Assembly: GCA_038496445.1 (NCBI GenBank)
Contig: JALMLS010000344.1
Span: 186,001-250,000 of the forward strand
Length of the DNA stretch: 64,000 nucleotides
Direction of reading: 5' to 3'
From: Trichosphaerium sp. ATCC 40318
Lineage: Eukaryota > Protista > Tubulinea
Position 1 is the first letter of the stretch. Each line of letters starts with the position of its first letter. A program made the translations under genes and the position numbers. A model generated the notes under the pieces. It ran no database searches and had not been told where the DNA came from. It saw only the letters and a program-made list of their open reading frames with translations. This document shows positions 48,744-64,000 of this stretch, piece after piece.

Positions 48744-49971
48744 TGAGTCCTGGTGATTGTACAGCAAACCAGACTTGACTACATCGCTTTTTTTGTAATA
48801 CTTTGATGTTGATTGAATCGAGTATGGCGCGATGAACTAGGTCGTTGTGCCCTGAGTGCACTGGAGTCTTTTTTTTTTGTAAATTTGTAAAGTTAAAAAA
48901 ACGCTACAGTAAAAAATCTAAAACCAGATGTATTTTTTGCTTTTGTACCCAAAATATTTTGCAAAAAACTATTAGCCGCTACACGTAAATCGAAGTACAA
49001 GTGTCTTAGTTTTTAAATGTACGTTTGCTGCTCAATGGCACGATTGTTTCTAGACAGCATTCTTACTTTGTCACAGAGCTTAGAATTTTCGGGCAAAACT
49101 TGCCAAAAAACAGAAAATAGAAGGTGAAATAAAAATAAAATTGATAACCCTGCAGCATATTTCTGAAAAAACAGAATTAATCGCTTACAGCCACTTTTTA
49201 GAAATCAAAACCTTTCCAATGCTGTTCTCACATGTGCAAATAGCTGCCACGAGGGTTTTTTGACGTGTTGAAATGTGCATTATCCATTTTTGAGTTATGC
49301 CATAGATATTTCGGTGAAGAGTAAAGCGATGTATGATACCCACCTCCTTTTTTCCTCCTTGGGCCGTTTTGATGTATGAAACCTGTACATTGATCACTTG
49401 AGTTATTGAGCATCCATCATTACGCGGTAAATCCATTTGAATTTAAAAAACCTCCAATGAGGCTTTAACGCATCACTGACGCCATGACACGCTCTTGTTT
49501 TAAAATATAGAACCGAATCTGGACGTTTATAGTTAAAAAAGTCGGTTGGTTCCACGATCACGTTTTTACAGCCGAAACTGGATCAATCGGTTCAGTAGTG
49601 GACCGACATACCATACTTGTTACGTTGGTTAATGTTGGCGTTGTGTTGCTCCTCAAAAAGTTACGTTGTGGACAATAATCAGCGATGTTGTTCACTGTGT
49701 GGTTAGCTACCTGTTTACGGAATAGTAGAATAGTAGGGCATGAAATTTGTGCTAGCACTTCTGTTTCCATGGCTGATTGTGTTTGGGTAACGTATGTACC
49801 TCTGTCAAAGCGTCACATCGATTACAGCAATATATTAGTTATTACAAAGAGTACCTTCCACTCGTTTTTTTTGGTTGACTTTTACTTACTTGGCTGTTTT
49901 GCGTGCTATTACTCCATAAAAAGGCGAAAAAATCAGTTATATTACCTTTACACACGAAGTACACCATCAAG

Positions 49972-51643
49972 ATGTCCAAGTTATTTTCTTCTCTTGCCAG
50001 CTTTACAAAGACTATCTTCGGGAGCGACAAGAAGTCCATAACCACCTCTAAAACTACAGTACGCCTTACTAAACCACTATCGCCCCTGTTTTAAAACGTT
50101 TCCTGGCTTTCTAGCCCGTTTCCTAATTCCGAAACGAAATGAGTAAAATACAGACTTTTTTTATTTTTAGGGAATTTTGTTTCTATCTAGCCTTTAGCAA
50201 CGTATTTTGGTTTACTCACTGTTTCTTTAGACTTGTGACAACTTTACGACATTTTCTCCTTCGGAGAATTCGGTGACGCCATTAACTACTTCATTACCTA
50301 AAGTACGTTCTTACTTTTCTGAAATTTTTTTTGGTTGTTTTTGGCTTTATTGTCGTTGTTTAAAGTGGCTAACTCGTTCTTTTAGAAATCCAAGGTACTA
50401 AAAAGGACTGCAAAGAAAGCTAGAAGGTCTCTTAGGACCCATAATTTCCCTGCAGAACCAACGGTGAAAACAGCGGAGTACAAAAAACGCTGTTTTCTTG
50501 TTGGTGAAATTCTTGCCACAGAAAAGAATTATATCTATAATCTGCTAAAACTCCAAACAGTACGTCCTGATCTTCATTTTTTTTCTGACTTTCTTTCGCT
50601 CACACTTGTGTTAGGTTTCAAGACCTGCCGCTCTCATGCTTACACCTGATGAGCATGCATCTGTTTTTTGTGGGTTTGAGTCTCTCATTGATCACCACAC
50701 TGCTTTCTATCGCTCTCTCAGAAGGCGTGTTGCAAAGTGGGGCCCAGAGCGAATTGCTGGTGCTTTTCTGAAAGCAGATTTTCTCTCGGAGTACATTAAG
50801 TACAATGAGAACCACAAAACTGCGACTCAGTCATTAATTTATCTCAAACATAAATATTCGAGATTCAGAATATTAATCGATAAATTTAATGCCACAGCAC
50901 AACTCGAGGAGCAACCTGATATCCTCAGTTACATTATAGCACCAGTACAACGCTTATTCAAGGTATGCAAACCATCCTTTTATAATAACCTTGTTTTTCT
51001 TCTTTGCTATCATTGTAGAGTTTTATTAATCTCATCTTAGTACATGCTCCTTATCAAAGAATTACTCGGAAAAACTTGTGCTCTTTCAACAGAGCACAAG
51101 AAGCTATCTCAAGCCTCTTCTATGCTCAACAACATCCTTCTAGAGAGCAACGAGGGTATGAAGAGCAAAGAAGAGAAACTTGATCAACAGAATACTCTGT
51201 TGCAAGTTGCCTCTTCCATGAAAGGCACATTTCTGTATAAAAACGGACGTAGGATTATCTACAGTTCTAGTTTGAGTGCCAGAAAGAATGCACTGCAGAG
51301 ACGAAAACACACCCCACACGGATTTTTATTTAATGACATATTTGTCATTGCTGAGGAGTCTCATACATCAAATGATGGTAATGAGACAAGTCAGTATAAT
51401 TTCATGTGCTCGATGGTGTTGAAAGAGGCTATGCGTGTTAGTAAAACCAAACCTAAACAGTTTAAAATACACCTTGGCAGTTGCTCAGTCAAAGTCAATG
51501 TGCAGAAGAAAGAAGATTGTAAAAAGTGGGTTGCACTCTTACAAAGAGCAATCTCTGACATCCAGGGTAATGTATCAGCACCACTGAGGTCTGAGAAAAC
51601 ATTACAAAAACCTGTACCGCAATTTACTACGGAATTGCTGTAA
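49972..51643 (+). CDS. Rho guanine nucleotide exchange factor (DH-PH)
   Basis: EILATEKNYIYNL, YIKYNENH, LSYIIAPVQRLFKYMLLIKELL, and PH motifs FLFNDIFV...KKWVALL. Confidence 0.9.
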
Positions 51644-51716
51644 ATAAAAAAACCATTAAAACACTTTTTTATTGTTATTATACTGAAACAATTCTGAGTA
51701 CAATTTATTGTTGTTC

Positions 51717-53495
51717 CTAGTCTGTACCACGAACAAGCTCGTAAACATTCCAACGTTCAGGTACAGTGGCTGGTCTCCTTGTTCTACATCCCCTACAACA
51801 TCCTCTTCGTACAACACAATAGCAATTCATAGCAGTCTGATCTTTGTATTGGAAGGACAGGTCGTAAGTGTAAATCTTTGTTGAGCATTGTGAATCACGT
51901 TTTGCCGCTTCTGCGCATTCAGCAGGCCATAGACGCTCATTCCATGGAGAAGGACGACCTCTCATAAGCAGTTTCTTATGACAAGTCTTAAAAGTGTCAC
52001 CATTGCATTTGTGATGTCTCTTGTTTGATTCGTTGGGAAGAACTTGATAATCTCCATTGAATCCATCACAGAAAACGTTTCTTCTCCTGTTTGAAAGGTA
52101 AGAAGGATTGAATCGTGGCGTATTTCTCTTTGGTTCTAAGTCGCAATTCCTACAATCATTCGTAATTGGCCACTTTGGGACACGTGTAATATTCTTGTTC
52201 AAGTTAACAGCATCACAAGAAATACATTCATCTCCGTGTCTCCAAGGTATATCTTGGTGTTGAGGTGGTGGTGTAAAGTTCTCAAACAACCTTCCTGTTC
52301 CTTTTCGGTAGCATGTGGAATGATAAGCAGGGTCACCAGGTTTGACAACATCTGTTATTCCAAATGTCTCGCTAGTACGCCTTGGTCTTACTGTGAAGCA
52401 AACGTCAACTTTAGTAGCAGGTTCTCCAAGTTGATTTTTTTTAATCGTGTTTCTGCATAGTGCTGGTAATAGATTTGCTTCACCGTTATATCTACTAGCA
52501 ACAAGTTCACGTGGCATAACGGTAAATCCAGCACAATTACCAGCCCTTATGTCGCATGCTCTTTCACATATTGTACGGTCATTGAAAATCCTGAAGCAGT
52601 CTATTGTTTTAAAGAAATGAGTTCATAAACTTATTGTAGTGTTAAATATCTTACCAAATACTTCTCGGGGATTTGGAAAGTAACAATGATCCATTCGACT
52701 TAAGCATGTCATCAGAAAAAACAAGTCTTGAAGGTAAAAAACGCACGTGTACGATCCTGCTGGATTTCTTCTACCGTATATATTTGCAATTCTATTTGGT
52801 CGATAGTCGACATCAATACAATCGCGATATCCTCTCCACAACCACTGAATAGTGTAGGCGCCGAACCCACCAACTCCTGGTATTTTAAGTCTTACCATAT
52901 CAGCATCTTGAGGTCTATTGGCGTAATGATCAAACTTGAAAACACCTTCAATAAAAGGCATTTTATTGTTTGTGTATTCGCAATAATTTCTGACTTCTAG
53001 TGCGTTTTTGTACCCGAACAATTTAGCACCATCTCCCCACGGCCCAAAAGACTCAGGTCGCGGTATAAAGTTAGGAGAATTAGGCAAAATCTCACCGCTG
53101 TAGAATTCAGAATGAGGTCGGAAGTTAGCTCCTCTAAACGCAAAACGTCTGTGGTATACTGGTAAATTCTTGCAACGAGCATTAGGCGCTTCCCGCAGGT
53201 ATGTATCCAAAGAATCAAAAGATACTTCGTTGAGTCTTCCCTCGTTCGTAGACTTTATGATGACGTAGTAAGAAGGGGTACTGTGACCTACAGACCACTC
53301 TATCTCAAATTCTTGATTCGGTCCAACTTGAACGTGTGGGCCAGGTTGCCTTCTTGCTGGACACGGTGTTTGAGTACTAGCTATGTCTCTACTTCTACCC
53401 AGACCAAATGACCAGTTATGTGCTTCTATAGATGGGAAGGAAACTAAGGTGAAAAAGAGAACCAAGGCAACAATTGGCATTCCAAATGAACACAT
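51717..53495 (-). CDS. Secreted LPMO-like (histidine-brace) protein with Cys-rich C-terminal modules
   Basis: Signal peptide ending IEA|H; EWSVGH; YTIQWLWRGYRDCIDV. Two introns, then Cys-rich PAN/apple-like segments. Confidence 0.7.
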
Positions 53496-54394
53496 TCTAC
53501 AAAACACTTAGTTTATTTAGCGCTAAGATGTAAATAATGATACTGAACACGTGATTATTCGAACTTTAGCAAAACTAAAACCAAAGCGTTTTCCAGTGAG
53601 GTAGGCGTACGTTATCAAGTTTATACCTGCGTCAGAGCTGCTGCCAGTTGTGTTTGCGTTTGTTTAATTTGAACTGCACCAAGCGGAAAATCACATTACA
53701 AACATTGTTGTGTACTGTACTTTGTAGTTAAAGTTACATTGCTAACATTTCGTCACCACAGCGCAAAACATGCTATAAACTTGTAGTATTGTGTTGCCCA
53801 ATACTAGCGCAAATAGAATATATGAAAGAACCAAGACTTCCATTACAGTAATACTCACCGGCATTTAGGAGCGAGAAACCAGGCGTACGGTACGTATTTT
53901 GTGTGAATTGTAGGGTAATCTATTGCCCCCGATCGCATTCGTATAAGTCCATCGTACAGTACTCGTTGTACTTACCACAGCAGGGGTATTTTCAAACTGA
54001 ACATGTAGATCGAGAATTGTTGTTAATGTTGACCAATTAAACCCACATTGGCTAAAGATTGACGGCATTCGCATAACTGCTTCAATGTTGGGTGAATAAA
54101 CATATAGAGAAAGATATTAATCATAGACAGGCAAGTTATTTTGTAGAACAAACGAGAAAATGCGATTGCTTGTCAAACAAAAAAATAGAAAAGGCAACTA
54201 TCACGTGCGTAATTCCATAATACAGTTCTTGGTTTGGCAGTGACAGTTGCACGTTGTTCCCACGTATTGTTGCACTTTGGGTAATGCTGTCACACGGTTA
54301 AGGAGACCGAACAAACACTTGTAATGAGTTCAAGCCGTTAAGTGTTGACTGTATTGTTAAACCAGCGCGAAACACAGCTCGGTGAGGTTCAAAG

Positions 54395-56676
54395 ATGTTG
54401 CCTAAAGGCGGTTGGAGGACGAGAGCACATGCGCTTCGTCATAAAATGTATAGTCAGTTTAAAAGCCGTACTTATTGCGAAGGCGAACCCAAGAAGAGCT
54501 CCTTTGCTCAAAAGCTTCGAGCGTTTAACTTTAGACAGATTTTAAATAAAAGCCCAAAATGGACCTTTCCACAGATTCTAGGCGCTGGAAGATTGCTTGT
54601 GGTAGGCACAGGTACACTTTTGCGTAATCACTAAGTCAAACTTATCAAAAAAGGCCTATGGCTGGTTCTGGGTACTGGTACAGCACTGAGTTTTGCTGGA
54701 TGGCTGTTTTATACGCTTGCAGACGAGGAATTTCAAGGTACAAGAAAAATACGCCAATCAGCTAACCGTGAAGTCAAGAAAAGTCCCTTGTAGCTTTGAG
54801 CTCGTATGTCACGCGTTCTATTGGCATAGAGATGCAATTTGCAAAGTTCAAAGCAAACTCTCTGTCAAGTATTCAATTCAAAGACGTGCACGTGTTAAGG
54901 GATCCAAAAAAGCTACCACCTGAACAAAGAAATTCCACAAGCATAGACTTAACAATAGACACCGTTGATGTAAATCTAAACTTACTATGGTTCATGGAAG
55001 GTAAGGGACCTTTGAAAACTTTAAAAGTGTCAAAAGTGCGTGGCGTGCTTGACAGACGGTACAAACGTTTACGCGAGTTGCAGATGCTTATTGTTGATTT
55101 AGTGAAGTAAAGGCGACAGGTATTCCAACGCCAAAATTAACTTATTCTTGGGGATCCTTCGAGCTCCAGAAACTAAATATGTACCGAATATATTTTTAGT
55201 CCCGACTTGTTAATTATGAGTGTAGCGATGACGTAAGGGTTGATATATATAATGGTAAACCCGATAGGCCGCTTGAATTACGTATTCTAAACCTAGAATG
55301 CGACCGATTACGGTACGATAAGACACATCACAAATTTAAAAAAGCGTGCTTAAAATCCTTCTTAAAGACAACAATGGTTACTTCATGATCTCCTCACTGC
55401 ACGCCAAATTATTGGCATATTTGATGGCTCTTTATTTTCAGTACATAGAAAGGAAGCAAAGCGACAACCTGGCAAACCCTACTCGGTATGTTAGGCAACA
55501 AACTGCTTCACTAATAAACTCACGTCAAAAAAGGCTACAATAAAAATCGATGGTATCGCGATGGATATTTTATCAGAAAATGCTTCTCATACAGTACCGA
55601 GCCTTATTATTGCTTACGTTTCCTTTACACCAATTAGCCGCTAGGATGGATGAAAGAAGGTCAACTGAATGTTGTAAGTAGAACGCAAGTGGCTGGTTTA
55701 CCACGTGAGGGTTTGATAGCTAATCGTTTTTTAAACCTTAGACAGGAGAAATGCACATTACTCCACCGGTAGTTTCAGCGTACATACCTTGGCTCCAGGG
55801 CAATCATAAAGCCAATCCAGGGTCGATACAGGTATTTTCTTGTTCTCATGAACACTTAGATAAAAACCATGTATTTGTCCAGCCCTTCTAGGTTTTAACT
55901 CCTGAGCGGCGCCACAAGGCAGATTTATAACAAAGTACTAGATACTAGCGGATATTAGCTTGAGGAATATTGTAGCATATCCGCCTTTGTTTGCTCCTGA
56001 TCTATCTTATGTGGAGGCAATGCTGGTACGACTCTTCTATTTTTGAAGAAAAAATAGTGTGCACTTTGTGATCGCGTATAACCGCTTACGTAGGTACATC
56101 CAATATGCGCGTACTTGAACTCAAATTACAATCTCATTGAATTAGACAGCGACATATTACTTGATATCGTACGTACGAACTTTTTTTTTCTCCTCTCCAA
56201 TAGTTTTTTTAGTCCGAATTTGATGGGTCTTGGTATCCGGAACAGGCTCTCATATGGCATCGGGTAGGCGAAGCAGTTTATACAGGGTTTGAAAAACTTG
56301 TACTCGAATCACAAAAACCTTCTGGCCTATCTAGAATATCGTATCACGTGCTACTTTCAGTCATTAGAGCAAAAGACTTCGTACGATACTTTTAATGCAC
56401 TTGAATCACTTTTATTCACAAAACGGTAGGTGTGGAGCCAAATACAGTCATCTGTAACTTCGTGGTTCTTTGCTAATCAACTATGGGACGGTGAGCACCC
56501 AGAGCTAGAGGTAAGCGTTGTGATACGAGATTGCACAAAGTTTTTAAAATCCAAACTTGTAGGAGTTAAAATCAAAATACAACCAAGCTACCACGACGTC
56601 CGACGATAAAAGTGAGGACGCGCTGAGTGAAATCACATCGCCAGATAGCGTTAGTACCTATGAAGTTGTGCAATAA
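54395..56676 (+). CDS. MDM31: Mitochondrial distribution and morphology protein Mdm31/Mdm32-like
   Basis: Arg-rich presequence, TM segment LWLVLGTGT, IDLTIDTVDVNLNLLWFMEGKG...VRGVLDRR, LRQQWLLHDLL...GIFDGSLFSVH, PLFAPDLSY, EFDGSW. Confidence 0.82.
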
Positions 56677-56865
56677 AAAACGTTTTTGCAGAGCTTGCAG
56701 TATTGAAAACAAAAACAAAAAACAAACGAAAGGATTTTGGTTTGGTTATTGATATTTTAATCATATAAATTCTTTTTCTACAACTAGTCTATAGTACACG
56801 ATTTTTGTACAGTCTGCGGCGCTCCCGGTATTTTTCCTTTTCAAAAAACATGGCTACACTACATA

Positions 56866-57736
56866 TCATGGTTTCGCCTCACCCATCTTTTGTTCTAATG
56901 TATGCAACCGCGTTTGCATCGCCTGTAAGTGTCCAAAAAGCTGTGAAACGAGGTCCTTTACCCTATGTACTTCATCGAATAGGTGCATGACAACTTCAGG
57001 CGGTGGTGAAGCATGTGGCAGTAAAGGGGACCCACGATAAACCAATGGTGGCGATTGCAGGCTGTGAAGTGTTTGTGGCGTGTTACAAGCCATTGTAGGT
57101 AGAGATGCTTCCAAAAGTGATTCCAAATCATTAGCTGCTTTCAAAGGAGTTATAGTCGCTGTGGTAGCAATTGTGGAAACGTCTGTGTCGTTGCTATTCG
57201 TATAAATTGAATTTGCTTTTGCAGCTGCTCTTCGCGATCTTGTTGATACACGTGAATGTCCTGGGCATGACAAGTGTTTAGGGTCTTCTTGTGAATGACA
57301 TTCTGAACTTTCTTCATCGCTTGAAGAACCGTACGCAGTCATTTCTCTCACTTGCTTACTTCTTTTCTTACGTGGTTCTAAGCTTGAATAAGGCACAGAA
57401 AACAAAATAAAATAGTGATTGTTCCCTGTAGTACTGGTTTTATAGAACCAGACATCGTACCTGGATCGCATGGCAAGCCATGAGTAAGGCATCTCTCACA
57501 AGGGCGAAAATCAGAACACGCTGTATGGGAGTTTCTACAGAACGAGCAAGCATGTTTTCTGGCATACGATAAGAAACTATAATTTTACATTTTTTTTCTA
57601 AAGCGTACACTTGCTTTCGTTTCCTCTTTCTGCTCCTAGACTCAAGGCTCTTGATCCGCCCTTACGTATGTTAGTGTTTTGATTCAATTACGACCAAGTT
57701 GAAGTTACCTGCATCTGGTAAAGTGCCAGCGCTCAT
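56866..57736 (-). CDS. Zn(II)2Cys6 binuclear-cluster transcription factor
   Basis: Spliced translation gives RKRKRKQ...ACSFCRNSHTACSDFRPCERCLTHGLPC (Cx2Cx6Cx5Cx2Cx6C), a low-complexity middle and a C-terminal coiled coil. Confidence 0.85.
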
Positions 57737-58121
57737 AAATAAACACCACAAATCCGATTTAGGGTGTGGGAGTAACGTTTTGGCTGATGCTCCGGCTCGT
57801 AGTTACGAATCTGGGCAATGCACGGAGTTGCCATCATTTTTGCTCCGTATTTGATAAATTTCCGAATAGCGCCATCTGCAACACAATTACACATGTTGCA
57901 CTAATAAGCAACACTAATGCGTTGCAAACAAATTTAAAATATATCGCGACAATTTTCGCCGGACCAAAAAAAGTCAAACATACTCCTGGAACCGCGGAAT
58001 TGGAGTTTGGAGTTGACACGATATGTCAAAAAATGCTACTTGTGTCATTTGTTACCATGTGCAATACAGTACAATAATAACCTCTTTTGGGTGCTTTACA
58101 AAAATCACTCTGTTTTTAATT

Positions 58122-59365
58122 TTATTCCATGTATGCTTTCAAAAACGCATAAAGTTTAGCGTGAAAGGCGAAGTTATGGCCAAAGTCCTTTCCCCAAGCC
58201 AATATCTGCTGTAGATCAACATTCATTTCTTTACCAACGTACAATAATGCACCAATTGCCGAAGTAAGCCTATACTCATTCTCAGAACAACAAGATAACA
58301 GGCAATCGCTTGTTGACGCCATTCTCCGCTTCTCAAAACGGAGCAACACAGAAACGCAGTTATTTAGCTTACCCAACTTTGCAATGAATCAATAAAGGCT
58401 TAGGGCATGTAGTGATCTTTTCTAGAAGCCCGTCCGCATATTCTACCGGGTAAATGTAAATTTCTTGAATAATCCCCCCCACTGCTTACCTTTAGTAAAA
58501 TCGTTCGCGTCCAATATGGGTATAAGCTCGTATTGGATGCCCTACGTACTATTTTAGCGTTTCATGTTCAAATAAAGTAATATTATTGAGAATGCGCACT
58601 TGAGCTGTTACTAGTTCCTTCTCGTTCTTTAAAAAGCCATCTTCATGCTCACAGCGCATATTTATAACAGATTTAAACCCCGCGTCCTAAATCTCCAGTT
58701 AACAAAAACTTTTCTCGCCATCATGACAACACTTACTTGTAATTTGCGGAGTTCTTCTTCTGTGGGCTGCACTGAGAACGATAGGTCATCCGTAAGCTTA
58801 GGAATAAAGTTAAAATAAAATTACAAAAAAGGGCGAAAACTTGATCGCGTGGTGTACGCACTTTTATGGCACGGGGTTTTGTTTGAGGTAGCAACGCTTG
58901 TACATGCGCGTTTACTACAAACAAGCACGTTAGAGATTAGCAGCAAAATAATTGTTACGTTGATTCTCAATAGCTCCAGCAAAGCGGCTAACCACCTCGC
59001 CTGCTCTGTAGAAGTAGAACGCCGGAATAGAAGGAACTACTGCGGTTAGGGTTTTTTCCTTTGCCACTGTTAGTTATCGCTCCCCTTTGCGTTACCGCAC
59101 TCCTGTTTCCATATCCACAGACGCGAATTTGATTTGAGGCAGCCTTTCGCTCAAAGCTTCGAACTTTGGTGTAATCACCTTGCATTGTTTACACCAGCTG
59201 ATTGGAGTGAGTGTTAGGCCAACGGAAAAGCTCAGCGTACCTAGCTGAATATTCGACAGCGACAAGGACATTGGATGAAACGAGCTCATCCAATTGCGCT
59301 TTTGTTGTTATTGGAGTTAAGGTTGTTACTCCGCTAATGTCAAATGATTGCATAACTGACGCCAT
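58122..59365 (-). CDS. Thioredoxin domain fused to DUF442 (phosphatase-fold, sulfurtransferase-like) domain
   Basis: N-terminal VEYSASWCKQCKVITPKF...IPAFYFY. C-terminal LTDDLSFSVQPTEEEL...AGFKSVINMRCEHE...GIQYELIPI...PKPLLIHCKVGLTS. Confidence 0.85.
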
Positions 59366-59637
59366 GTGCTTAATTCGGACAAAACAGGAGTTAATCTTGT
59401 TTAAAAGAAAAGAATTGACCGGTGTGCACACGTTTTCAGAAGCTGAAAAAAGAAAGCAGGGAACGCGTGACACTACCACTGTGATTTGTGGAGTGTTCGC
59501 ATTACGTGAGACGTTACTAGCAGCTATCTATGAGCGCGCTAGTGTTTAGATACTTTTACGTCATGACAGAAAAAGCTTTTCTTTTAGTTTCAAGATAAAC
59601 AATAACAAGTTTGTACAAAAAAGCATATTTATTGGAG

Positions 59638-61246
<1,609 letters not shown>

Positions 61247-61420
61247 GCTGATTTGTACAAGGTAAACTAAAATATCCCAAGGAGAAGAATTTGTGGTCAA
61301 CTTTTGTCGTTTTTTGGCAGAGTGACAAGTCAAGCTCTACGTTATTCTCAACGCGTGACACGGTGTATTGCGCGTCGGTAGTTTGTCCTCGAACGTATTT
61401 GTAAGATTCAGTTGGTATTC

Positions 61421-64000
<2,580 letters not shown>

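Overview
This is a compact, AT-rich, intron-dense eukaryotic window using the standard genetic code (TAA, TAG and TGA all end reconstructed genes). Most introns are about 35-150 nt. Gene content (MDM31, a Zn2Cys6 factor, a paxillin-like protein, apparent U12 introns) suggests a protist, probably an amoebozoan; that assignment is inference. I reconstructed about 23 spliced genes by hand, and coordinates span whole genes including introns. In order: a divergent Ras/Rab-like protein, kinesin-14-like motor, POP5, RPC7/C31, an LD-motif protein, a CAMK-group kinase, VPS52, DNA ligase IV, an F-box protein, a secreted M12B metalloprotease with ricin-B lectin, an F-box/SPRY protein, an ALKBH6-like dioxygenase, the PP2A A subunit, RBM5/10, SPB1/FTSJ3, a PhzF-family protein, a CHD1-like remodeler, a DH-PH RhoGEF, a secreted His-brace LPMO-like protein, MDM31, a Zn2Cys6 transcription factor, a thioredoxin-DUF442 fusion, peroxisomal thiolase and a partial RecQ helicase. 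No tRNA, rRNA, CRISPR array or transposon was recognised. The most interesting items are: (1) a candidate new LPMO-type copper enzyme; (2) a thioredoxin fused to a DUF442-type domain lacking the P-loop Arg; (3) a reprolysin carrying a bacterial-looking ricin module; (4) two probable minor-spliceosome introns, one next to a 6-nt microexon; (5) a ~325-aa insertion inside CHD1 chromodomain 1; (6) a paxillin-like protein with a Zn-less LIM remnant.
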